Part shown: piece after piece, positions 49,453 to 60,045 of the stretch
How positions within the stretch are numbered: the stretch's first letter is position 1
How the letters are laid out: each line of letters begins with the position of its first letter
Assembly (NCBI GenBank): GCA_973895155.1
Contig: OZ316898.1
Location: 13,109,659 to 13,173,658, forward strand
DNA from: Marsupella aquatica
Lineage: Eukaryota > Plantae > Marchantiophyta
Reading direction: 5' to 3'
DNA length: 64,000 nucleotides
Translations under genes and position numbers: made by a program
Notes under the pieces: model-generated
Told to the model about the DNA's origin: nothing
Databases searched by the model: none
The model's input: the letters and a program-made list of their open reading frames with translations, nothing else

Positions 49453-51715
49453 TGCCCAGCTCCGCCCCTGGGCGAAGGTTTACTGGAGGTTGTGCTCCTC
49501 TCGATAGGCTCCTAAGTAACTCACAGCTGCTACGTCGAGCCGGATGAATCTGCAGTGAAAAACTCGTTGAGCTGAAAGGGATGCTTTCTGGGGAAAGGAA
49601 TTGCTCAAAGCACCAATATGTGACTGTTGCTCAATGGAGGAAGCCTGACCTCAGCCTCTTCCCTTCAGATTCGGTTCGTAATCATGAACGAACTAATTTT
49701 TCACGGCTCGTTGTTGTGTCCTGAAAGGCAGACTAGAAAGAGATACCACGCAGCCTGACGATTTTTGTTGTGATTGATCGATCACACAAATCGTTCGATC
49801 AGAAGCCACATTACTCAAGAACTGCCAAACAGGACTCCCAAGAATCAATTCAGTGAGTACTGTATGTATCAATCTATCTCCGCTAATTAAGAATTAAACA
49901 CGCTGAAATATCATAACCAAGGTACACCAGTCGTCTGCATGCATCCAGTGTAGTGAGCAGCTCAAGAATGAAAGCTGCATTATCACGATTGTGTAGGTGA
50001 TCAAAGCAGAAAGATATGGTTCTCAGCAGAGGTCTGAGCCTTTAATAGTGGGATGGTTTCTACAAGGTCCTGGTATGGGATCCAGTGGATTCGGGCCAGG
50101 GAAAGGTCCGTTTGACAAGGCGTGCAGTCAAAACAGAAAAGACACGGTCCGTCAAATTTTGAGATAACCCATGGTCCTTCACGAGCTTATTGGGACTCTG
50201 GATGTCTTCTAACATTAGCCAGGGAGCTATGTATCTCCTTCCTACAGCTTTCACCGACGAAGATGGACACGTTTGACACATTTCACACATTTGAGTCTCT
50301 AGTTGCGTTACAATCTGCATTGTATAGTATAGTATAGGACATAATTACAAAACGGAAAAAAAGAAAAACAGAGCTACCATAGGCAAAGGGGAAAACCCAG
50401 GAAGAGCGAAAAACCCAGAGAGTACTCAACCAATAGAAAAGATCAAAAACCCTACTGAATAAAATTGGGCCCTACTGAAAGATGTCTGTTTTAGGATCGC
50501 TTTAGAAATGGTTACTAGAATACTTAATATTGAGATATAGGTTTCAGCAGTATTTCAAATAAGACAAGATTGCAAGAAGGGGTCCCGCCATAGAGTCCCG
50601 CGTACAGGATGGACCAGATTGACATTAATCAAGATATACAGGAAGTCGTTCAAATAAGCTAGACAAAATGATTCTGATGTTACCTAGTTTGGGGTGCTCA
50701 GGTTAAATTTTGTTTTATTGAAATTTTTGTTATGTATTTTTGTTTCAATTGGCCTTAGATAAGGTGTCAATATTTATTTTTCAGTCTTGCCCATTTATTG
50801 TTAGAATATCTTATTTTTATCCTCATATTCAAAATAAATTTCATAAATACGGGCATACAAAGGCATCACTAAACCTAAAGTAAGCTATCTCTTACCAAGA
50901 GTGTGCAAAATTCTCATTCTGGATAGGTTGGGCAACTTGAACTTACGGCAGAAATTTGATAAGAGCACTGTATGGGTGGATTTTAAGGTGCCAAAAAAGT
51001 CAAATTTTGACTACCGTAGGGGCTAAGATTGGCTCACACAGGTTTTTTTCTCATTTTGTAAAAGGGTGACAGACTTTTTGGGAGGTATAGGCTGTTATAG
51101 TGTAAGTTAGGTGGAGACCTTGCCTTCTATGCATGAGTTCCTTACGGAACAAAATTCATTGATTCAAGTTCATGCCGATTCTCAATTTCCTGGGACCTCG
51201 AGGGACGATTAGAGAAAAAGTCTAATGCAGGCTGAGGACGACTTTCTCAGCTCGAATCCATCTACTGCCTCTTAATGCAGGCCGGCAAGAGACCGACTCT
51301 CTCAGCTACAATCCATCTACTGCCTCTGACTATGTACCCTGGCTAGTGTTTTCATACTACCTCCGATTCGCCAAGTATCAGACTACTGGGATATAATGTT
51401 GTTTTAAGTACGCAAGCTAGTGTCGATCATTCCGACCGTACAAATCTAAAAGGAACACCATCCCTTTAGAATGTTGAAACTTGAAAGGTTTCATTTATTA
51501 GATCTGCGGTGTCGGCCTCGTCATTCGTCATTGTAGAGTATGTTTGTCTCGTTGACTCATCTCTTCATTGTTCCATAGATGGCCTCATTGGTCTATGAGA
51601 CTTGGTGTTCAGGTGGCTACCCTTGGGTACCCGTCGCTGCGGTTAATTAATGGGTCCTGTCCTTCAACAGGCTCGGGGTAGGGAGGCTCTCACTCCTTGA
51701 CATGGTCACGAGTTC

Positions 51716-51877
51716 GTCAAAGGATGATTTCACCAGTGAAATTGTGTCATTATTGACCAACGTGTCGTTGGCCTTTGATTCGGTTCATGAATACCATTGC
51801 AAGCAGATTGCATGGGCTCTCTGCACACGAGTTTGTCAAAGGATGATTTCACCGGTGAAATTGTGTCATTATTGTTG
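51716..51877. repeat. Two-copy direct repeat, 119-bp spacing
   Basis: gtcaaaggatgatttcacc.gtgaaattgtgtcattattg at 51716 and 51835. Confidence 0.85.
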
Positions 51878-52622
51878 CAATTCTGACGAGACAATGTTCG
51901 AGGCCGAGGGATTGCCGCATATGCATCGCGAAATATTGGCGATCGTCTGACTGAGGTGGACATTTGAAGGTCCTGAATTTTTCGTTAGCTTCCAAAAGGT
52001 CTTAGCTAATTTAGCCCACATCGACCAATTCAATTGCAGTGACCACAGAAGTAAAGTACTCTCCATCGGTATCTGTCATCCTCTGTAAATCTGGTCATCT
52101 GAAACCAATGGAGTAGATATCCAATTTGGACAACTGATAGACACACAAGGATATTTGGTGAGCGGTTCAAGTCTTAGATGTTTATGAGCTGTTTTGGATG
52201 GCAGTTGTTGTGAGAGTGCCGTGAGTACGCGCCTCCTTTTTCGGAATTTAACTCTCACCATGCATGCCACCCTCAATTCTCAAGGGGTTTGGAGCACATC
52301 GGGTTGCATAATGGTCAACTTTGGGTAGCGAATTTGCAAGCAGAAATTTGTATTTCGTTTGTCTGAATCAATTCGTGTACAAGCGAGCTCTACAGTCACT
52401 CTTTCTTGACATCTCGTGGTGGATTGTGCTTTAGCTAGCACTATTGACAAGTACTAGCCAGGACAAAAGTGACGTGGGTACTGCGGTCACGGAAGCGATG
52501 TGGCGGCATCCTTTTATTAGGGTGAATCTCAATATTTTCAATGTATATTATTTATGGTACAAGTTTGAGTCACTGGCACATCTTTGAAAGCTGACCGGTA
52601 AATTTGGAAGAAATTAATTGGG

Positions 52623-52845
52623 CCATTTGCATATAGGGGAACAGCCGTAGATATGAACATAATCCCTAAAGACAATTGAAAAGACCATTTGGATATTGGG
52701 GAACAGCCTTAGATCTGAACATAATCCCTAATGACAATTGAAAACTTCAAGTAGCAAGCAGAGCATAAATCACAAATTGCAAGTAGGAAGCGGAGCATCT
52801 CATGACATAATCCCCAATGACAATTGAAAACTTCAAGTAGTAAGC
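52623..52845. repeat. Mosaic of short tandem repeats (cataatccc.aa.gacaattgaaaa, three copies)
   Basis: A unit of about 62 bp is repeated at 52623 and 52685, with a third partial copy near 52805. Confidence 0.8.
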
Positions 52846-53007
52846 TGACTGGATCAATCTCACCAAAAATCATTGATGGCAATTCCAAGCTGATCCGCCA
52901 AGCTAGGGATGAAGCTTAGTAATGCATGAACTTGCTTTATGTTGAGCCCGTTCTTAAAACTTTGAAACAGTCTTAATGGAGGCTTAATGGAGGCTTAATA
53001 CCGTCTT

Positions 53008-53720
53008 CACTTTAGCATGCATGATCTGTTACGTCTCCAGTTTCACGATTCTGAGCTCGGGGAGAAATTTCACTTCGAGTTGGAAGGGCAATCGGCTGCG
53101 GTTTAAGCTCAGACTTTGCCAGAGCATTGGAAACAGCGAGAATGTATCACTGGCAAAGTTAGAGCTGCAACCGACATCGTTTGGTATGCACTTTAGCATG
53201 CGCGATCTGCTACGTCTCCAGTTTCGCGATTCTGAGCTCGGGGCAAAATTTCACTTCGAGTTGGAAGGGCAATCGGCTGCGGTTTGAGCTCAGATTTTTC
53301 CAGAGCATTGGAAACAGCAAGAATGTATCACTGGCAAAGTTAGAGCTACAACCGACTTCGTTTGATATGCACTTTAGCATGCACGATTTGTTACGTCTCC
53401 AGTTTCGCAATTCTGAGCTTGGGGCAAAATTTCACTTCGAGTTGGAAGGGAAATTGGCTGCGGTTTAAGCTCAGACTTTGCCAGAGCATTGGAAACAGCG
53501 AGAATGTATCACTGGCAAAGTTAGAGCTGCAACCGACATCGTTTGGTATGCACTTTAGCATGCACGATCTGCTACGTGTCCAGTTTTGGGATTCTGAGCT
53601 TGGGGCAAAATTTCACTTCGAGTTGGAAGGGCAATCGGCTGCGGTTTGAGCTCAGATTTTGGCAGAGTGTTGCAAACAGCGAGAGTGTATCACTGGCAAA
53701 GGTAGAGCTGCAACTGACAT
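53008..53720 (+). repeat. Four tandem 181-bp monomers (last slightly truncated) directly 5' of LINE ORF1
   Basis: cactttagcatgc... starts at 53008, 53189, 53370 and 53551. Confidence 0.97.
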
Positions 53721-53786
53721 CCTCTACTGCTCCCAATTTCTATTTGTCGTCTAAGAGTACATTCTAACAACAGTTTCAGCTTTGTG

Positions 53787-54557
53787 ATGGCAACGGAGGA
53801 GATTGCCCATCTCAAGGCTTTGCTTGAGAAAATCTTAGTTGTGGCTGAAAACTCCGCAATTGAGATTACCACACTCAGCAAGGAGGTGACGGAGCTAAAG
53901 AATGAGAATGTCAAGCAAAAGAGGTTGATTAGTGATCTTCGATCTCAAACTCAGGAGAATGGTAAGAAACTCTCATTGCTTGCATCGTGTTTTGGAGACA
54001 TGGAGAAGAGTATGTGCCCAGAGAAATCAGTGATACATGAGGCTGTAGGGGAGATTGAGGAGAAGCTCAAAACCTTTGCACAGGCTGCAAAACAATCACA
54101 TATGGAATTTGTCCAAGCCAAGGAGGAGGAGAGGAGAGCACTAGAGGAAGAACACAAGAACCAGCATGCAAGAGTCAGCAATTGCAAAATATCAGGCCTT
54201 GTTGAGGAGGAGAAGGAAGACACCAAGAAGGTAGCAATTTCATTCTTCCAATCTCAGATGAAAGTGCATGACCCTATCATTTTGCAAGCATATAGGATTG
54301 GGCAAAAGAAGGGGGACCTTCCACGTCCAATCTTGGTGAAGTTTGCAGCTGAATCCGAGAAAGCTAGAGTGATGGCTAACAGGAGCATGCTTAAAGGGCT
54401 AAGGATTTGGTTGGATGATGATCTGACTCCCACACAAGTCCAAGCAAGGAAAATTGAGCTTGAGAAGGTGAAGGTAGCCAAAGACCAAGGATTGGTAGCC
54501 TACTTGCGCAATGGACAAGCTGTTGTTACCAATAAGAAGAGAGTTGTTTCTAAATGA
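53787..54557 (+). CDS. LINE ORF1 (coiled coil plus L1-type RNA-binding-like domain)
   Basis: Heptad-rich N-terminal half, then NCKISGLVEE...AYRIG...PRPILVKF...WLDDDLT, motifs typical of LINE ORF1 proteins. The frame is intact. Confidence 0.8.
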   Translation: MATEEIAHLKALLEKILVVAENSAIEITTLSKEVTELKNENVKQKRLISDLRSQTQENGKKLSLLASCFGDMEKSMCPEKSVIHEAVGEIEEKLKTFAQAAKQSHMEFVQAKEEERRALEEEHKNQHARVSNCKISGLVEEEKEDTKKVAISFFQSQMKVHDPIILQAYRIGQKKGDLPRPILVKFAAESEKARVMANRSMLKGLRIWLDDDLTPTQVQARKIELEKVKVAKDQGLVAYLRNGQAVVTNKKRVVSK

Positions 54558-54569
54558 TGGATTGGGACC

Positions 54570-57500
54570 TTGAGAGTCATGGCATGGAATGTTTCAGGAC
54601 TTTCCATAGAAACAGCAATTGGAGGGGAACCTTTGTTTGAGAATTTTGACATCTTGCTTTTCACGGAGACTTGGGAATATGAGGGAAATGCTCTACCTAG
54701 CATTAAAGGCTTTACTTGCATACAATCCATCTTCAATGAGAAGAAGACCACACGGGGAAGAGGGTTTGGAGGCATTGCTGTCTACACCAAGAATCAACTT
54801 CAACACATCACCTCTATTGAACATGAAGATCCCAGCAAGCAGTTCAGGGTGGTGAGACTTCATACCAGAGGTACTCCATCATTTCTGATTGTCACCTACT
54901 TTGCTCCCCTTAATATGAATGTCTATAAGATGGGAATTGCTGATGCACATTATCCATTTCATAGGTTAATCCAAGTCATTCATGATATATCACCACTAGG
55001 GGAGACATGGATAGTGGGGGACTTTAATGCCAGGGTATCTAATGAACAATTTACTGAAAGTGAGGACTTAGGAACTTTACCTTGGTCATCATGTAGTGAA
55101 GAGATACCTTGGGTGAGAGAGGCTCTTGACACCAGAACAAATGACATGACACGTCACTTTTTGCATTTGGGAGCTTCTTGTAATCTAAGAATATTGAATG
55201 GGCTTGAGAGATTTCCCCAATCATCTGGTTACACTTTTAGATCTAAATAAGGATGTAGTACCATTGATTACCTTCTTGCCTCACCTACCTCTGCCACTAG
55301 AGTGGTTGACTTTCAAATACTTGATCAACAACCAGAGTCTTCACACTTGCCTTTGTTGTTCCATCTTGACCTGACCACAATCCCAAACAAAGTGCATAGA
55401 AAGCCAGTACCCAAACCTCTGTTTCTAGACCCTGATAGAGAAGTCATCTTCAAAGCCAACTTTGACCATCTTCTCCATACCCTGGATGATCAGATTGAGC
55501 TCTCAGAAGTCATAGCACAAGCAGCAGCCTCTACTTTCTCCACCAAACCCCCTAGAAAGCAAAACATGAAGGCTTGGTTTGACGAGGATTGTGCTAGAGC
55601 AAGGATGCAAGCAAGATCACATTCAGGGGAAAAGAGACTTTTGGCATTCACTATGTACAAGAACTTCATCAAACACAAGAAGAGGTGCTTCTTGAAGAGT
55701 CATCAACAATCACTATGTGAGGAGTTCATCAAACATCCAAAACGTTTTTGGGAGAGAATGCAATCAGGCAAGACTACTCCCCCCTTGGATCACCAGGACC
55801 TGGTAACCTATGTCACATCCTTGTATTTCTTTCCAGATGCTAGTGGCATGCCTTTGCCCCTTGGGGACACCATTCAGTTTACAGAGAGGGAGGTGAAGGT
55901 GCATCTTTCCCACATGCAACATGGGAAAGCTAAAGATCTGTTGGGCCTGAACTTGGAGCTTCTTTTGTGGGGAGGACCCTCTCCCTGGGCCCTTAGTGTT
56001 ACTAATACAGGGAGGACGTGCGAACAACGTAAGGGTATTTTTAATGTAATGCAAACTAATTTTTATAACAGTTTTTAAAGTAGGCAACATCACTCTATAT
56101 ACATTCATCATAATATTAGTAATAAGGCAAGAATCAAATACATGTCACATAAATCTTATGCAAGGGTACCCAAAATGCCAAGTACACGCGTCACTATATG
56201 GTTGACACACATGTCATCACTTCATTTGCACATGTGTCCATATAGTAAATCAGATATTTAATTATTATCGTCTTAAGGCAAGTTTGGTTTTGTTGGTCCC
56301 CTTATGGTGGAAAAAATGGGTTAAGGTAGACATGTTTACCCGCATGTTTAGGAGTTAAGTGGGGAGTTGAGTAAATTTTGGGCCAGGATCTTTGGGCCCA
56401 ACTTGGTTGGGAACTGGGATTGATGGGGATCCATGGATCAATCCCACATGGACGGACAAGATTACTTTTGAATTCCCTTGAATCAAACAGCCATGTATGA
56501 GGCCAGATGTGTTTGTGTATTGAGGGAGGGGTCTCGAGCGCTCAAACAATGTTTGTTATAGTTGGTTTAGACTTTGAAGTATTATTCATGGATTATACAT
56601 ATATAGTACTAATGAAACTAGAAGTTCAGAGGCACTTTTGCGAACACTAAGACAAAACCGCAGGTCTATGTGTAAACTATAGGAAGAACTATAATTTTCT
56701 CTCGTCCTAATTTTGTTTATCTATATAAAATATGTACCTTGAACATCGAGCATAACATACAAGTCCCCTATGAAAGATAAAGTTTTAACTATTTTAGTAT
56801 GATATTTGTAATTCTAAAAATTCAAGGGTGTTTTCAATTCCTTGAAAAACTCTATTATAATTTACAAAAGGATAAAATTTAATAGGAAAAGTTAATATTT
56901 TTACATTAACAAGGGGATTTTATTTGTGAACAAAAATATTAAGAAGGGGTACACGGGGGGTATCTGTTCTCAGGGGGGTTCACTTGATATAGTAAGAGTG
57001 AGGGCCCAGGGGACCCTCTTTACTAACAAACTTGGTGCATGAGCTGAATCAAGCAATGGCTTTAGGTTTACCTAAAGCTTGGATGACCAGAAGAGTGGTG
57101 CCTATCTTCAAGGCAGGCAACAAGGACGATGTGCACAACTACAGAACCATCATGGTAGGCAATACTTTTGCTAAAGTTTTGGGAGGACTACTTGAAGCCA
57201 GATTAAGCTCTTGGTTGGAGAGTGAGATGAAAAGGGCACCTTCACAAGCAGGTTTTAGAAGAGAATTCAGCACTATGGATCACATTCTCTGCTTGAGGGT
57301 GTTGTGTGAAAAGGCCAAATCTCCACATAAACCATTATTTTGCTTGTTTGTGGACTTCTCCAAGGCCTTTGACAAAGTTTCCCGATCCAAGCTTTGGGAT
57401 AGGATGGTGGAGTTGGAAGTGCCTGAAGAGCTCAGGTTGGCTGTTTCTAAATTGTACCAAGAAGTGCGCATCAAACTTTCAAAGGAAACCTCTGAAGAAA

Positions 57501-58832
57501 TCTGGAGCACTCTTGGGGTGATCCAAGGTTGTCCTCTCTCACCAACTCTCTTTGGCATCTTCATTGATCAGCTACACAACATTTTGGAGGAGCATGGTGG
57601 AGTTGGCACTCAATTGGGTAGGTTTGTCCTCCAACTTCTTATATTTGCAGATGATGTGGTCCTACTTGCTCATGCTCAAGAAGCTTTGCAAAGACATCTC
57701 AATGCCTTGGAGGAGTTTTGTCAAGCAACAGGGATGGTAGTCAACCTCAAGAAGACCAAGTGTTTGGGCATTGGCACACGACAAAATCCAGAGCTCTACT
57801 TCCAAGGGAATCTGGTGGAATTTGTGAGGACCTACAAATACCTTGGGGTGGAGTTCTCTCAAAACTTGAGTTGGGCCTCATGTGTAAAATCTAGGGCTGC
57901 CAATGGGTACAGAGCTTTTTATGCATTCATGAACAAATGCAAAAGAGCTGGTCTACACACTTGGAGGTTAAGGAAACATCTCTTTGGAGCTTTGGTGAAA
58001 CCAGTCATTCTTTATGGAGCACCAATTTGGGGAGCAGGTGTGTCTAAATCTGGGTGGCAACAGATTGAGGGGCTGCAAAAGCTATTTCTTGAGATGGAGC
58101 TTGGGATCAAGTCACAAACCCCATATGCACTTACACTTGCAGAGGCAGGCTTGTTTCCTTTGGAGGTGGAGGCACTCTTCCACACACTCAAATACATCAT
58201 GCGTGTAAGAGAGTTGGAGGAAAACAGATTATTTTCCTTTTCATGCCTTGCGCTCATCTTCAGCTAAAGGGTGGTATGCAGATGTGTGTAGGTGGGCCCA
58301 TGCTTGGGATTTTCCTGAACATGAATGGCCAACACACCCAACCAAGCTAAGAGCAAAACTTGAGCAAAAGGCTTTGCACAAACTTTGGCATGAACCTAGC
58401 CCACGGCAGCAATACTACATGAGAGATGTGAACCCCATGAAGAAATATCGAGAACAAGAATACTTATCTAGCACTATCTCAGTACAACTTAGACAACTTA
58501 TTGCTCAGTATAGACTAAGCTCACACCACCTTGAAGTAGAACAAGGGAGATGGAAGGATATTGACAGGAAAAAGAGGGTTTGTCAACTATGTGATAGCTC
58601 TAGTATAGAGAATGAATATCATGTATTCATTGCTTGCAAGTTTTATGAGGGGGTTAGGATGGCATCTCAAATCTTGGTGAAAGATTTGTATGCATTGTTT
58701 GGTCTGCCCCCTCAGCAACTTGGAAGATATATCTTTGCGGTGGATAGGGAAAGGAGAATAGGTTTGGAAAATCTTTCAGGGCTCTCTAGGTCCATAGGGC
58801 TCTCTAGGTCCATAGTTTCTTTGAGGACATAG
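54570..58832 (+). pseudogene. LINE ORF2 (endonuclease, reverse transcriptase, CCHC), disrupted
   Basis: Endonuclease: LRVMAWNVSG, TETW, GGIAVY, GDFNAR, STIDY, SSHLPL. RT: NYRTI, FVDFSKAFD, GVIQGCPLSPTLF, FADD, YKYLG. C-terminal CQLC...H....C. Lesions: TAA at 55248, the 1029-bp insertion at 55983, and a frameshift near 58235. Confidence 0.92.
55983..57011. mobile_element. Non-autonomous TIR DNA transposon (1029 bp) nested in LINE ORF2
   Basis: Perfect 11-bp TIR CCCTGGGCCCT / AGGGCCCAGGG (19 of 22 matches when extended). 8-bp TSD gaccctct at 55975-82 and 57012-19. Removing the element and one TSD restores the ORF2 frame (WGGPS-LLTNLVHELNQ). Confidence 0.93.
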
Positions 58833-58939
58833 TTGTCCTCTTCTGAGCAATCTCTTTTGGTTGCTCTTTTCTTTGATTGCATTGTACTTTACTTTTTGTG
58901 GCAGCTCCTTTGACTTTCATGGTCCCGGAGCTTATAATA

Positions 58940-58965
58940 CATTACCATTACCATTACCATTACCA
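58940..58965 (+). repeat. (CATTAC)n microsatellite 3' tail of the LINE
   Basis: cattaccattaccattaccattacca lies about 110 bp after the ORF2 stop. Confidence 0.85.
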
Positions 58966-59048
58966 ATGGACTGACTCTCCCTGTACTAGACAGAGAATGT
59001 ATCTCTTGGCCCCGGTGTCCAACTTTTAGGGAGCTCCATCCAGGTTAT

Positions 59049-59188
59049 CCAAATCCATTGCAGCATTTTGTCGGACTTGGAAGTCCAGAAATCATCCAGA
59101 TGGACACCAGAAACCCAAATCCATTGCAGCATTTTGTCAGACTTGGAGGTCCAGAAATGATCCAGATGGACACCAGAAACCTGGATGG
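59049..59188. repeat. Two-copy tandem duplication, 66-bp period
   Basis: ccaaatccattgcagcattttgtc.gacttgga.gtccagaaat.atccagatggacaccagaaac at 59049 and 59115. Confidence 0.9.
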
Positions 59189-59509
59189 ACACCTAAATCA
59201 TGGTTTTCATACCAAGTTGCTCTTGTTACAAGGAGCACTTTGAGTACTTTACCCCTTTGGAACTACCAAAGATTTCAAATATGCATCTTTAGTCCATTCT
59301 ATCCAGATTTTTAATTTGACTGAATTTTACATGTACATAATTTTCTTGTCATAAAATAAATGTAGGTAAACAATCAATGAGAGCATTTACCATCCATTTG
59401 AACTTGACTCTCTCATGATTGGGTGTGAAATAGTCTAAATAGTTTATCTGCCTGTCATAGTCCATGATGATAGTTGGAGACAACGTAGCAAATCATCTTG
59501 GCTATAGTT

Positions 59510-60045
59510 TCTGGAAAATCACATGAATGATCCTAATTTGTGTAATTTATGTCTATTTTGCAAATCTTTGATGGATGGAATCATTTTCCCTAACCATCCC
59601 AATGGACTTATTTTATGTTCTCTGAAAAGCATTATCCTAATTTATGTTATTTATGTCTATTTTTGGAAAACCAAAGCTTAGATGGATGGAATGTTTGCTA
59701 GCTAACAATCTCCACAGACTTAGTTTATGCTCCCGTTTATGCTAGATCTGGAAAACCTTACCCTAATTAATGTTGTTTATGTATGTTTTCCAAAACCAAA
59801 GCTTGGATGGACAAAAACATTTTCCTGAAGGCTGGATCTCATATGTTATGCTTGCTGGACTCAAACCTTACCATAATTTATGTTACTATGTCTATTTTTG
59901 GAAAACCAAAGCTTAGACGGACTGAAACCTTTCCTCTAAATAATGATACACATGGACTTATTTTATGTTCTCTAAAAATCTAAGTACTGTTATTTAAGTC
60001 TATTTGCCTGGAACAGTTGGAAAACAAAAGCTTAGATGGATGTGG
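59510..60045. repeat. Old diverged tandem array, about 5 units of 105-125 bp
   Basis: A motif of the form c.taatttatgtt...tatgtctatttt.ggaaaaccaaagcttagatgga recurs near 59530, 59635, 59760, 59870 and 59985. Confidence 0.75.

Larger units (their letters stand above)
53008..58965 (+). mobile_element. Near full-length non-LTR retrotransposon (LINE, RTE-X-like), inactivated
   Basis: Contains a 5' monomer array, ORF1, ORF2 with APE endonuclease, RT and CCHC finger, a short 3' UTR and a (CATTAC)n tail. The 5' boundary is uncertain and no TSD was found. The clade call rests on remembered motifs (QAGFR, LYGAPIWG, RLSSHHLEVEQGRW...CQLC...ENEYH...C). Confidence 0.9.

Noticed and set aside
50335-50660. 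3' fragment of a minus-strand LINE
   Set aside because: The A-rich tract and a vague Cys motif are suggestive, but no clear RT or zinc-knuckle sequence could be read.
53008-53720. CRISPR array, or protein-coding repeats (ORFs 53021-53767)
   Set aside because: The units are contiguous 181-bp monomers with no unique spacers and no cas genes. The period is not a multiple of 3, so the similar ORFs are frame-rotating artefacts.
52970-58975. Target-site duplication for the LINE (aatgga at both ends)
   Set aside because: The match is only 6 bp and lies within a local ttaatggaggc repeat, so it cannot be told from chance.
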